Positions 28,193-42,491 of a DNA stretch of 64,000 bases are shown one piece after another (position 1 is the stretch's first letter; each line of letters starts with the position of its first letter). The position numbers and the translations under genes are program-made. The notes under the pieces were generated by a model. The model was not told where the DNA came from. It made no database searches and saw nothing but the letters and a program-made list of their open reading frames with translations. The DNA comes from Podarcis tiliguerta (taxonomy: Eukaryota), in the NCBI GenBank assembly GCA_965153285.1, contig OZ229115.1; one strand, 5' to 3'.

Positions 28193-28895
28193 GAACCATG
28201 AGGCCCCTGCAACATTAGAACAACGATTCCCTCAGCTTTGGCACGTGGGTAGAGTGCTGCTGAAGCTAAATGTGAGATACAGTTCTGAAGCACAAACAGC
28301 CTCCTGGAATAAGATAGGAGGCAGAGGAGGGAAATAGTTCATCCCTGGAGGGTACTTGACAGGAAGGAGCTCCTGTTTGTTCCTCCCCTACCTTCCGTTG
28401 CGGTAGGTGGAAAAGACCTGCTTGGGGAGGTTCCTAGCAGGATAAAAGTTTAGCTATTTTCTCTTCCCCTCCCTTAGAAGAAGTAAAGAATGAATAGGAA
28501 GGATGATGGAAAAGATGGCAGGAGTTTTTTCTAGCTCTCATCTTTCACTCCAAAACCTGTGAAAAACCAAGACAGAAAATGGCCAGTGGGAGCCACTGCA
28601 GAGCCCACATTTCTTGCGCATCTGCTTAAATCTTTGTACTATTCTTGAGAGAATTGTTTAAAATTGGAGAGGGGAACTCTTTTGAAACCATAAGTGAATC
28701 TTCTGAAACGTTTTATGACAGCCTGAAGCCCTGGTTTTTAACTGAGCAACCTTGGCTCTAAGCTGACTCGGCACTCTCAAAATCAAGACACAAAGGCAGG
28801 GAACCCACTAAAGTGGGATGGCTTTAATGGTTTATAATGACTTAAAACTTCCCTGCCTTCCATACAATGTTTAAATTGTCTTCACTAAAATCTAC

Positions 28896-28985
28896 CTTTT
28901 TAGTTGGCAACCGTCCTGTTAATGTTTGTAAGAAACTTGACGTCTCTGTGTGCGAAGACATACGATTACAACTTCGGTCTGTAGC
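28896..28985 (-). CDS. DOCK7: DOCK7 exon, 90 nt, [30 protein letters not shown]
   Basis: tgtag| ... |gtaga, phase 0-0. Confidence 0.93.
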
Positions 28986-30575
28986 CTACAGAGTGGGAAA
29001 TGAATGAATGATGACAGCACATTAAAGTTGGTTGCAGGTGACATTTGCAGTTTGGGGGCTACGCACATCAACAAAGTAAACAGAAACGTCCAGGTATCAA
29101 ATTCTTTTGTGCATCTCGTCAAATAAAGGCCCAGTCCGGACAATCATTTGAGGAATCATAAGACAAGATATATGAAGCTGGGAATGAGTGCAGGGGCCAA
29201 GCATCCTTCCCTTCCACCTCCATCCAATTTGGGCATGGAAACCATTGAATGAACACCCACACTGTGGAATTCTGGCTTAATGTTCCTTAACAAATCAGGA
29301 ACTAAGTCAGGATGTGATCTAATCCCGGCTTATTTTCCTTGTTTGTTAACCGACATTAAGACAGAGTTCCTCAGTTATGATACAAAAACCAGGATCTTTA
29401 CACCAAAGCTGTTGTGCAGCATGAGGAAAAGAGGGGAGAGAAGGGGAGCTTGACCCTGACTTCATAAGCCATGGCTTACAAAGTCTCAAATGCAATTTGT
29501 TTAGCAAAACATCTGCAGGGTTTAGGGCTCAGGCTTCTTTAAAATCAAGTGCAAAGTTTTTGCATAAAGATATGTATTGTTGCAAAGCATGAAACTGGTG
29601 TGTAGCAGCATTATAGTCTGTTGACCTGTATATTAAGAAAACAGTATACTTTAAGATATCAGCGCCATTCCTTCCAGCTTAAACAAATGCAGGGTTCTTA
29701 CCTCCAAAGTATAATCCAATACCAATGGTTATTGCACTAAACGTGACTTTTTTGATTCTTAAATCTGGTTTTAATTTTGACGGCTTTTTGACTAGAACAA
29801 TGTTCATTTCTATCAGATTTGTTTGGGTTTGGAAAAATGTTGTTTTGCTTTTGTAGATAAAGCTGAGAGGTAACTGACTTCAACCCATTCATTTGTTGGT
29901 ACAAATAGCCAATAAATCAATAATCATGCAGTGTTAAGAAGCAAGCAGCTAAGGTTATAGTGTCAAGACCTATAAGGTTACAGTGTCAAGACTCCAAATA
30001 TTCCATACTTTGCAACAAAGGTATCTCTTATGACACACCCCACAGTATCCAAATGTTATTAGCTGAGATTAAGATCTAACATATACAACAATGCAGTTTA
30101 ATTGCAGTCACCTATTCACATGACAAAAGGAGGAGGGATGGATGAGGAAGAAAAATGCATTATGAAAATGGTAAAAAGGAAAAGTGGCATGTTACCAAAA
30201 CAACAACAACAACAACAACTTATATTTGGGGGAGGGGATACTTTCTACATGTTTCCATTAGGAATATGTGTCACCTAACATTGAGAACTTTTGTAGAGGT
30301 AGATTATAAAGAAAGGGGGAAGGAAATTAAATTATACAGCATCATCATTTCACAAACCCAGAAACAACTGAAACACAAAGCGAGGACAAACAGTGGTGGC
30401 AAGTAGGTGGTTTTTCATGCAGTGTGGCGGTGGTGGGGGTGGGGAATGTGGACATGGAACTCTTCAAAATAGATAAAGGCAAGTCAAGGAGACCACAGTG
30501 TAAACTCGGGAGGATAAGATGTTCTATAAGGTAATATTAGCCAAGGCAAGAAGAAAGCTCTAATGTAGACACCAC

Positions 30576-30668
30576 CTGTGTAGTCTCTGCACTTGGACTG
30601 GGGTTGGATCCCCATGGGGCAGCTTTTGGAGCACCAGTGTTTACCCAGGAATTGGAGCGGTCTAAGCC
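30576..30668 (-). CDS. DOCK7: DOCK7 cassette exon, 93 nt, [31 protein letters not shown]
   Basis: cccag| ... |gtggtg, phase 0-0; matches the alternative segment recalled from mammalian DOCK7. Confidence 0.92.
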
Positions 30669-32717
30669 CTGGGCATATAACAGAAAGCAGCAGGGAAAGG
30701 AAAGAAATGTTACATGTTGCATGCCACACAGTACAGGAAAACGCAGAGAAAATCAATTGCTTCAAAGAAACCCAGAGTGTATTCCATACAATTAGTACTG
30801 TTAAAACTAACTACGTTTTAGTCCAACGGGTTATTTCTTTCATTTCCTCATCACACACACGCTCACATGCTAAAAAGATGGATGTCTTCAATAAAGGGCA
30901 TCTTATCAAATTTCCCTATTTTTTTTATTGATTTTTAAAAATATATAAGAAAATCACTCTCATAAATATGTGTATGATGCTGTAACTATAGGCCCAGATC
31001 CAAATAAAGTCAGTCACACTGAAATTAGTGGAACTTATAAACGAGTTGCAGTTAAACTTGTCTTATAAATTTCAATGAGATTTAAGAGCAGCTAATTTTG
31101 CCTGAATTTGGGTCATTGATTACATCTTAAAGAAACCATTTTTGTGGGTTTTTAAACAAATACAAGAACCATTAAACATTTATCCAGCAGTACATCTAAT
31201 GGTGTTTGTTCTAGCCATTGACTTTAGACATAAACTTACATATTCAATGTTCAAACATATTACTTTAACATAACCTCTCCACTGAGACTATTGAGCGGTT
31301 GGTGTAACAAGGATTTTATCTTATTACTTCAAAGAAAGTAGCCTCATCAGGCCTCTCTTCACCAGCTCAGACTAATGAAACCTGTCCACATACATTTCTG
31401 GGCACACAAAAATCGATATCTGCACACAGATGCACCCAAACTGCTGTTTCAAAAGTTTCCTAGTCTCCAGTAAATTGCTACAGCCATCCTGTTGGCATTT
31501 TATACTTGGGCCAAAGGTCCCTGAACCAAACATTGGCAGATAAATAATGAATAAACAATCCAGGTCTCAGAGTCAAAATTTATAAACCATGGAGCAATAT
31601 GAAAGCACTCTTAGGAGTTTAGAAACTCGCAGTAAATAAAGTTCAACAAGCTGGGGCAAGAACAGTCCTGCAATCAAAATTTCTGTAAGATGCAGTTTGT
31701 GGTTGGTTGGTGTTCCACCTGCCTTTTAAAAATCCATTGGCCAGTCCGAGTGCCAATCATGTCCTTGTATTGTATTCCTCCTTCCGCTCCCCCACCTCAC
31801 ACTCCCTCACCCCCTGGGTGCAGGGCAGGAACTGGAATAATCCAATCCATAATTTGGACCCAATCTATATTTTTTTCTAAAGCAAAACAGGATTTCAGAA
31901 GCATAGCAAAAAGCCCCAAATCAGGTTTTGGTCGGGGAAAGAAATCATGACACTTCCAAAGCAAAATTGAGGGTTTCCACTGATTTTGATGTGCCCAGAG
32001 TTTTACAATATCTCTGCCAGGCTGTCGCATTACTCCTTCCAGCTTATTAAAAAGCAGAATATGTTTCTGTAAGAAAGCTTCTATCCATTTTTATTGCCAA
32101 ATTACTCAAGGCCAGGCAGCTCACATAAAACTTATCATATCCAAGGTAAATTCCATGTGCACATCACTCCCTCAGGCATTTCACAAAAAGGTCAAGGTGG
32201 TTTAATTAGCAAGACCATCAAATGGATACTTAAATATTCTGAGCTCTCCCAGTCAAAGCCTTTAATGTTTAATAAGAACAACACGTGTCGCTTTTTGGGG
32301 TGAAATGGTTTTTTTTTTTAATCATTCAAAAATTATTAAATTCCTTGGTGCTTCCATTTCCATCTTGCCCTTTTATACAAACGGGGCGATGACTTAAAAA
32401 AATAAAGTGCCTTCGATTGATTTTTCATGTAACTGGGTGTAAAACGCTTTTAAAGTGGCTCATAAAATAATTTGGACCGAAAGGAAAAAGTAAAGGTCAG
32501 AACTTCACAATAAAAGAGTCTGCTCTTTCGTTGCCTTTGTCCTTGTGCAGGTAGAGCACCTTGAAAAGTAACCTGCTTACAACTGCAAACACCCTTTGAG
32601 CGCTGCCTTCCTGAACAAGCAAGGACATCGCGGCACATTTTAAAGTACAAGCTGCATCCAGTTTAGGGCGGATAACACTGCCTGGACCCCAGTGGAGTTT
32701 GAAAATGTAAGAGATTA

Positions 32718-32978
<261 letters not shown>

Positions 32979-33555
32979 TCAACAAGGCGGCATGAGGCGG
33001 AATACTGTATACCAAACCAACACTAGTTGCACTTCAAGTACCAGTCACTTCCACAGTTTCCTCAATGGCGCTGTTGGCAGGTCCCTTGGGTTCAAGTCAA
33101 CCTTTGTGTTGCCTTCACTTCCCATCGGTCTCTGAAAATGATTGCCTTTGAAGCTTTCAAAGGAGGCACTGGAAGCCCCAGCTGCTCTGGAATTCATGCA
33201 GTGCCTTCATCAAGATGCCTGCCTTGATTCAACAAACCACAAGGGGAGATCTTTTGACACCACCCATTCCAGCTGAAGCTGCTTGCATCCCATAGAAATA
33301 TGTTCCTTTAGGTTGTGGGACCACTCAGCATGGGTGGACAGGAGATGGGGAACAACCATGTGGAGGTGGAAACTGGGAAGCATTAGGGACTCTGGTGCAT
33401 CCAAGCGATGGTTGTGCGCACCGCTCTTTGTGTCAACTAACTCACATGTTCTCTTGCTAAAACTAGGCTCAGCCTCTGACAAACCCCAAGACGACTAACA
33501 CCTGGAGAAGCATGCCCCGCAGTTCCAACCTTTACCCCCCAAAAAGAGAACCCAC

Positions 33556-33720
33556 CTGAAGATGGCGAATTGGGAGAGGTGTTTGGCAAGCGAAAAACGT
33601 AATAAATATATGAGGTGAGGAGGTTGTTTCTGCCATGCTGGTCTTGGTTTCCTTCGAGGTTTTTGTGGAGTCTGTTTACAATAGAGGCCATGGCTTCAAA
33701 AGACGCTTGACCCAGATTTA
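33556..33720 (-). CDS. DOCK7: DOCK7 exon, 165 nt, [20 protein letters not shown]...PNSPSS
   Basis: tttag| ... |gtggg, phase 1-1. Confidence 0.93.
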
Positions 33721-34660
33721 CTAAAAATAAATAAATCAAGTAGTTCAGCATTTATCAATATAGGTAAACTCACTATCACAACAGCTTTTTTTTTAAGCTA
33801 AGCCCACATTCATTTCTCATGAAAAACATTTCCAGAGTAGCTTAAGTATTATGAAATTTAACCCTTAGTGGGGAGAGCAAACACTTGATTTATTAGGTCT
33901 TTCTAGGATGCTGAATAGTTTATATAGCATAAATTATAAGTTCCAACAAGGAATTGGGTAAGAAATGGTTCAGGCAGCATGCCAACCAGAAAGAGTGGAA
34001 TCCAAATTCGTGCACTGTGGTCACAAAAGGTTTTAGATGCAGCAGAGGTGTTTGCTAATGGAATAGAAAGAGAGATAATTTTTGTCATTTCTTCCTTCCC
34101 CCTACACTTCCCACCATTCCACCTTCCACCCTGTTCTGGAAGATCTCTCAACTGCCTGAAGCTGATTTTTTTTTAAGGTGCTAGGAGTGGCTAAAGGAAA
34201 GAAATCGCCTCTCCTCCTTGTCCATTAATGGACATCCCCACTGACCAAAGCACACCAACTGGAATTCACTAACTGTTGCAGTCAAAATGTTTAGCTCCCT
34301 TCCATTTCAAGCCTCTACCACAGCTATACATATGAAAAGGTATTGAGATGGATGGGGAAGTGTTATATGTATCATAATTGGCCAAATATAATACACTGTT
34401 GTCCATGGGATGACTTCGTAGTAATTTCAATTATCTGCACTACAGTACAAAGGAAAAGGCACTGAACGTCAAGCCAACTCTGGCATACTCTATTGAGAGT
34501 AACACAGAAACACACACATGGTGAACTTCAAACATCTCCTAATTCCATTCATCGAGACTTCCAGTCAATGATGGCCCCCAAATATTACAGGTGAACAATG
34601 AAAACATCCTTGAACAGGTCCACGAAGAACAAAAGGCGTACATGTCATTATGGCAGTTTA

Positions 34661-35005
<345 letters not shown>

Positions 35006-35162
35006 CTAAGCCGTGTTACTTCAAAAGCCAATTATATCTTCTATCTAAACAAAAAATACATTTTTTTCTGTGTGAGAGAGAAAGAGATAGGAAAAATTAT
35101 ATCCATTCATATCTAGATGGAACTGAAGCCTTTCTCATGTAGGGACTGCTCTGAATACATAC

Positions 35163-35249
35163 CTGTGTATGAATAGATGACACAGCAACTATTTCTACAT
35201 TAAAAACTCCCTTATGGTTATCTACCCACTTCATTCCAGGCAGGGGCAC
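35163..35249 (-). CDS. DOCK7: DOCK7 exon, 87 nt, [29 protein letters not shown]
   Basis: ctcag| ... |gtatgt, phase 0-0. Confidence 0.95.
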
Positions 35250-35446
35250 CTGAGGGTGGGGAAGAAGCAAATAATAAAAGCATTCAGGAGTCTGATTACA
35301 AAGCAGAAATATCAATTACAGATAGGTCTAGCAAAAGCAGGCATTCCATTCAATATTAGACATGGAAGATATGAACATCTTTTAAAGCTTGCTGTCTAAG
35401 TAATGGATCAGAATATTTCAGATGCCTACTGCTTAAATTGTCATTA

Positions 35447-35569
<123 letters not shown>

Positions 35570-35767
35570 TTAACGGGGGGGGGGGGGGGAGAAGGCAAAA
35601 TATCTCATTTGTACACAGGCTATGGCCAATTCATCCAACATAATAATAATAAAACTTATCTGAAGGTACAGGATAAGAACAACACACTATCAGAATCACA
35701 AGGATTTGGGTTCAAGAGAGCATGGACTTTGTGTTGAGTGGTATAGGCTCCAATTCTTTCTCTAAAA

Positions 35768-36081
35768 CAGGGTTGCGAACACAATCCCAGAGATCCCCAG
35801 GCTCTCCCCAGGCCACGCCCCCTTTCCCCAGGCAATGCCCCTCACTGGCCTTGCCCTGCATCCTTCAGAAGTGCCTTTGCCTTAGTCTCTGAATGGTGAT
35901 AATGCCTGTATGGTGCTCTGAGTTTTGCTGGGCTGGAATGGAGTCTACTGGACAAAGGCAAGAAACATCTGCTGCTCCAGAAACATTGGGCCCTGGCCCC
36001 ACCTGCCCCATGCATGCACCCCCCAGAAGGCTTTCCATGAGGTAACGTGGCCATTGGTTTGAAACAAGTTCCCTACCGCTG
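35768..36081. mobile_element. hAT-type non-autonomous element
   Basis: CAGGG...CCGCTG ends; perfect 8-bp TSD CTCTAAAA. Confidence 0.8.
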
Positions 36082-36420
36082 CTCTAAAAGGAAGAGGCGG
36101 AAGGAAATAGAAGACTAGAAAATGGAAAGCATGAAAGGAACGCTTCAAACTAAAGTGGGAACACAAAGGTTCATTTTCATAGAATGAAACTCAGAATAAA
36201 CCCAAATTAATTGTATTATTTGCAATCCACAAGAATATATCTTTCTGTCCACCGCCAGCTTGCCTCTGTTCTTGTTCCCAATTCTGAGTACCACGGTGGG
36301 TGGTCACTTTCAACCTAGTCACACGACGCTGAGCTCTCAGTGACATCAAAGAGTCAGAAAGAGTCAGAAATTACTAGAATACAGAAATAACCTGAACTAA
36401 ACAAAATAAAAAAAAAATCA

Positions 36421-36690
<270 letters not shown>

Positions 36691-38547
36691 TCATCTGTAA
36701 GTGTAAAGCTTTTGAAGCCTAGAATACAACCATGCTTAACTGCCTGCTGCTCTTCTGCATTTAAATAGAATCTTCTGATGTGAGAAACATAAAGAAAAAA
36801 AGAAGAATTCTTAATTTCCACTTGGTTCCCTAATTCCAGAAAACCAAATTCTGTAAGACCTTCAGGTGAATTTAGCATTACTAAGATAAGAGGCAAATTT
36901 GCATGATCAAATCTTGGTTTAATGATACAGGAATGCTATTCTTTTAATATTTAATGACCTGTTTGTTCTCTCTTAGCAAGTTACAGACAGGGAGGCAAGC
37001 TTGAGAAACGGTAAACCACTACAGTACTTTAAAAAAAAACTAACAACACTAAATTACAGTAAGATAAATGTACTCATGACTCAGCAAACATCAGAAGTGC
37101 TTTAAGCACCTTCAAAACATATCACAGCATTCTGGAAAATTCCTTGCCCTGCACTCCAACAGCATCAGCTACAAGCTCAACGAAGACCTTGAGAGCTGAA
37201 CCTTGTATGTGATGAACAACTTTGGAGACAGTGTAAATGTTCAGAAATGCAGTGCAAAATAGATGAACCCAAACTCTTCTGTCAAGACTGGAGCCGAGCC
37301 TGTCTCACATTGTGCAGATGAGCACCTTTGAAGCCCTCCCCTGCTCCCAGTGAAGAGGAACAGGGGCCTGGGAGCCTCCAATTTTTGCTGGCTGCTCAGC
37401 CCTGGCTACCTAAACCAGCCAAAAATTACTGACCCTTTTTCTAAGTGTTTTGCTAGAATACTTGGCATGCCACCAGGATCAAGCTGCATGTGATTTAAAA
37501 GTCAAAAGAATGGCAAATCCCTGAAAAAGCCAAATAACATATAAATGAGATTTGGACACTTTAAACCTTAATAGGATTTGGGCACTTTGGCCTCAGTCCT
37601 AAACCACTTTTACCCTTCATTGGGCTCCATCCAATATATTCCACTATTAATAGCTTGAAGAGGAAGACAAAAATTCTGGACATAATTACAAATATATATA
37701 TACTCCTCACAAACTAAATAAACTTTAAACCCAAATAAACTGAGCATTGGATTAAGTTCCATTTATAAATGGAATGTCCACCAATTGCAGGATTTAATTT
37801 TTAGATGTACTGAATATCTGATTCAATAAATAAACAAACAAGCAAGCTCAGTGCCTTTTGCAAGACAGACCATACTGCAAGGTTATCTGTTGCCAGGACT
37901 TTTTGAATTTGGCATTCCAAAGCGTAAATTTCAATGAAACAAAAATGTCACATTCTTCATCCAAAATATATTGTGCATGATAGTACAATACTCATATTTT
38001 AAAAGTTTATATATATACACCATCCTAATAGGTAGCTTTTCTGTATTTAGTCATAGTGTATGCTTACAAACAACACATTGAAAGCATTTGTGCCAAGGTG
38101 GTGGTTGGTTTCATGAAATGGAGAGCACCTGAGAAAAAAATCCTACATAAAGGCTGCTGCAGTGTTCATGTACTTGACATGCCATGCTTCAAATAGGATT
38201 CTTAAAGAAGTCTAAATGTTTTTTAAAGAACATGTAGGATTCTTAAAGAAGCCATGTTTTGCACCAGCTGTCAATCATAGGATCAATAACATAGTGATAA
38301 AACCAATATCAAAAAATGGCATCTCTATAAGGTACGGGTCAAATATATGTATGTATCCCACGTTATATTGTCCACAGACCAAGAGGACTGCAGAAACATC
38401 AAGGCCTTTGTCACTGTTTTGCTTTATACTTATAATCAAAAGCACCATGCACCTAGCTATTGGTACACTGTTGTAACAACTACTGTCTTGCTTCCAATTC
38501 TAATTGCATTATGCACACAGTGTCATGTGACGTCTTTTGCATTTTAC

Positions 38548-38618
38548 CTGTTATGATACACAACAGCTGTATATGCTTCTTTTGAAAATTCAGCACAGCT
38601 GGATTTTCCAAATATTAC
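38548..38618 (-). CDS. DOCK7: DOCK7 exon, 71 nt, [23 protein letters not shown]
   Basis: tgcag| ... |gtaaa, phase 0-2. Confidence 0.95.
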
Positions 38619-39551
38619 CTGCAAAAGGAAATAAAACAAGACAATTTAACATTGCTTTTGAGTTCTAGAAGTTCGGCTAAGAGCCAAGAGCCTTTACCAA
38701 CATCAGTGAAATGTCGGTCAATTTTGCCAAGGCAAAATGAACACCAGAACCTCTACTGGTAAGACTACATTTTATATAGTTATGATGCACGTCAGTTTAA
38801 ACAATGATTACAAATGGAAAACGGGCAGGAGGTGATTTGGCTGGAATGATGGTTGCTACAATTTCATGAGAGTGTTGATTCCATTTCTCTGCTGCACATT
38901 AAGCAATGTTGGTTGTATGAGCATCGTAGAAAAGAAATGGCAAGAACTACATAAGGACAAGCCCAAACACACCATGAAGTTTGAAAGGTTAGATTAGGCT
39001 TGCGTAGGGGCACATGATTATGGCTATCCATAAAACAGTTTTCTCCGCAGTGGCCACTCAGTTGTGAGACTGTCCAGTTGAGGGTCCTTTACAATGTATA
39101 AAAGACCTTTGAAGACAGCTCTCTCCTCACTAGCTGTTAGTGGGTAACATTATCTTGAGGATTTTGTGCTGCGAGTCCTTGGATTTTAATTCTGCTTTTC
39201 TCATTTGAAATGCATGGAGCATATTTTTCTCCAATTCTTATCTTTTATTTGTATATTCTAATGTGTGTAAAACAATCTTAGATGCTGTGGAAGCCACTTT
39301 GCAGAGAAGACTTCTGAAAAAGTGGGGTATAAATTTATTCAATTAGTAAATAAATTGGAGGAAACAAGATGTCATAAAATAGCATGTCATAAATATTTAA
39401 ATTTAATATAAACTGTGCTCTATTTCTGTTGGGCTTGCAGAAAGGATAGGAAGCAACATTGAGTCCAAAGCAGACTATTCAGGCTAGATCCACAGAACAT
39501 CATATGTAGCACACATCCAAAACATGAAAACCAATTGGGGCACCAAAGTCA

Positions 39552-39737
<186 letters not shown>

Positions 39738-40100
39738 TTACATAATGAATGCTGCATCATACAACAATGAAGGTATACCAAAGTGTCTTGGACATCAGTT
39801 ATAAACTTTGGAACAATGTAGCAGTGTGTTGTGCGATGCACATTATTCCATCTTTTCTGCCTGCTTTCTTACACTTCAGAAACATAAAAGATGCAAAGAG
39901 AAATCATGTAAGAGAAGTAGCCTGCAAACAGCAAGGGAAAACGAGAGTCAGGATGCATTATTTCTCAATATATCTTTGCCCATTTTGACATGACGCGTCT
40001 TAAGTTTTACCATTTGGCTTTTCACAAACTCCCAAACACAAAACATCACTGGATCACTTGCTACAGATCTTCCACCAATGATTTGGCATATACCATATTC

Positions 40101-40230
40101 CAGGCATAGACAAACTCAGCCCCCCAGATGCTTTTTGGGACTACAACTCCCATCATCCCTAGCTAACAGGAGCAGTGGTCAGGGATGTTGGGAGTTGTAG
40201 TCCCAAAACATCTGGATTTGCCTATGCCTG
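40101..40230. mobile_element. Palindromic hAT MITE, 130 bp
   Basis: CAGGCATAG...CTATGCCTG; internal hairpin TTTTGGGACTACAACTCCC / GGGAGTTGTAGTCCCAAAA; perfect TSD CCATATTC. Confidence 0.92.
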
Positions 40231-41835
40231 CCATATTCCATATTCCACTGAGCCACAACTTCCCTGACTCATGATGCTGTTCCACCACGACACTCCATTC
40301 TCAATGGCTTGCTTCCAAAGGCTCTTATTCTCCAAACAGACAGCATCTCCCTCTGTCAGAGGAAGGAACCTTCTGTTGTCAGTAGCAGACATACCTTCGA
40401 ATCAAACCCAATAGACTTTGCATTGTTCTTGTGCTACACAGAATGGTGGACCATAGAGCCACATTATCTTTCTGCATTCCATACACTGCAGCAAGCTGAA
40501 GTGAGCAGATAGGGCATTCTTTCTGTTTCAAAGGAAGACCTTCATGCTGAATTAAGCGCCGGAATTTCATCCCCATTGGTCATCTGGCTTAATCAATGTT
40601 CTCTTTATTATTTCTGCAGGCGGCTGCTGAAATACTTCTTTTCCCCCTTTTTTGTGGCTCTCCTAAATTACCTCATTCTGGCATGAATACATTTGCTCCT
40701 CAACGTGCTTTTTCAAATAAAAATGGATATGAAAATTTACTTTAAAATGTACTTTTCTCATAAAACTTTCATTAAGTGTTATTAGTAGCTTAAGAGAGGG
40801 ATTTAAATGTATTTGCGAAGCCAAGCTGTGTGATCCCTATATTAAGAACAGTGTTCTTCTGGGGACTCATATTGGTACTGGCCATTAAAAAAAAAGGACT
40901 TATGCCCTTTGCACTCTTCTTTGGTGATATTTTCTCTTAAGTACAGGTGAGGAACCTTTAAATCCAAAGTGAAACTGTTTTGCTTAGAAGGTTAAAAGTT
41001 TCTCCTTCTGTTCAACATGCATCTATTTGCTTTAAAAAGCTCAGCAAATAGAATCCTGCCCTGGGGTTGACAGTGTTGCAAGAGGGAGAGAAACAAAGAA
41101 TTAAAACCCCACAACTTGCATCCAATAGGACAAATGCCATCATACTTTCTCGTGACGATCCTGGAAGTGATCCTCTTTCTCCCTTCTGGGCTATGTGCCT
41201 TTCCTTGTCTTTGCAATGAATTATCTCTTTAAAATCCTACACTCCTCATATAGCATTCTGCCAGTGCATGGTATATTTTGTCATAGGTATGACCTTCTTA
41301 TAGTGTACTCCTACACATGAACTTTTCAGAGTCTTATAAATCCCTTACAGCTTTATATACCCTTTGGGGTTCAATGGTGTCCTAAAGTATGGAGGAAATC
41401 ACTTCTGCTTGAACAACATGGTGGCCTCCTTCCTAATATATCCTCCCTTTTCAACTTTTACTATGATCCACAGGGATGCCAACCACCAAGAAGGAATGAT
41501 GGGCTAAGCAAGGAGAGATCAGTAGTCCCAGGCTCCCCAGGCAACCAGGGCAAAAGAAGGCTATGCACCGTTGAAGGAGATCAAGGTGGAGGTTCAGCAC
41601 CATGCACAGTACTCCTGTAGCTGACACCAAAACATACAAGTTGTCTCAGCAAAGTTCTTGAGCAACTGGTCAAATTTTATAGGAGGGCTAGGTAGTCATT
41701 GACTAGAAGCCTCATCACTTAAGTACTACCTGCAGCTGATCTCTCCTCACAGCTGATAAAAAAAAAGTCCCTGTCATAAATGGCTAGTCAGGTTGGTTTG
41801 TCTGTTTCGGTGTCCAAAAAGCCTAACAAGGACAC

Positions 41836-41909
41836 AGGTTACACTCATTTAAGCTTAATGATCAACTACCTCAACTTGACTTTTCAGGTCTGAGCAGCAT
41901 ATATTTATA
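41836..41909 (+). promoter_or_regulatory. ANGPTL3: ANGPTL3 proximal promoter: DR4/LXRE-like (41836-41851), HNF1 site (41854-41866), TATA-like (41902-41909)
   Basis: AGGTTA-cact-CATTTA, CTTAATGATCAAC (2 mismatches to GTTAATNATTAAC) and TATTTATA about 95 nt before the ATG; mammalian ANGPTL3 is HNF1A/LXR regulated. Confidence 0.6.
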
Positions 41910-42002
41910 GGCAAACTAAGTTGCAAGGACTATCACACAGAAAGGCTAACAGCAGCTTGGAAAAGCTTTTCTTTTCCAAAGGCTATCATAAGCAGAAAGA
42001 AA

Positions 42003-42491
42003 ATGAAAATAATACTAGTATTACTCTTCGTAATTTCTCTAGTTGCTGCAACAAGAATAGATGGCGATGAGTTTTCCTTTGTACCAGAATCTCCTGAGCC
42101 AAGGTTTGCTATGCTACATGATGTGCAATTACTAGCCAACGGGCTGCTCCAGCTTGGGCGTGGCCTTAAAGACTTTGCCATCAAGACCAAAGGCCAGATG
42201 GATGACATCTTTCAGAAACTTCACCTTTTTGACCAATCTTTTAATGAGATCTCAAAACAAGCCAATGAGATAAAAGAAGACGAGGAACAGCTAAAAAACA
42301 CTACTTCTATGTTGCAAGTCAATAACGAGGAGATAAGGAACATCTCTGTGGAGCTGAATTCCAAGATAGAAAGACTTTCACGGGAGAAGATTCAACTTCA
42401 GGATAAAGTAGGGAAGCTGGAAGAAAAAATAACCAAATTGTTTCAGACCCAGATTGAAAATCAGGAGCCTGAAGAAATTGCATCACTTAAA
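42003..42491 (+). CDS. ANGPTL3: ANGPTL3 exon 1 (489 nt): signal peptide, SE1 LPL-inhibitory motif, coiled coil
   Basis: MKIILVLLFVISLVAA signal; EPRFAMLHDVQLLANGLLQLGRGLKDF..KTKGQMDDIFQKL; donor AAA|gtaagt. Confidence 0.96.

Noticed and set aside
30275-30330. 13-nt exon-like segment after a pyrimidine tract (aaag|TTCTCAATGTTAG|gtgaca)
   Set aside because: Weak acceptor and donor, frameshifting, no further support.
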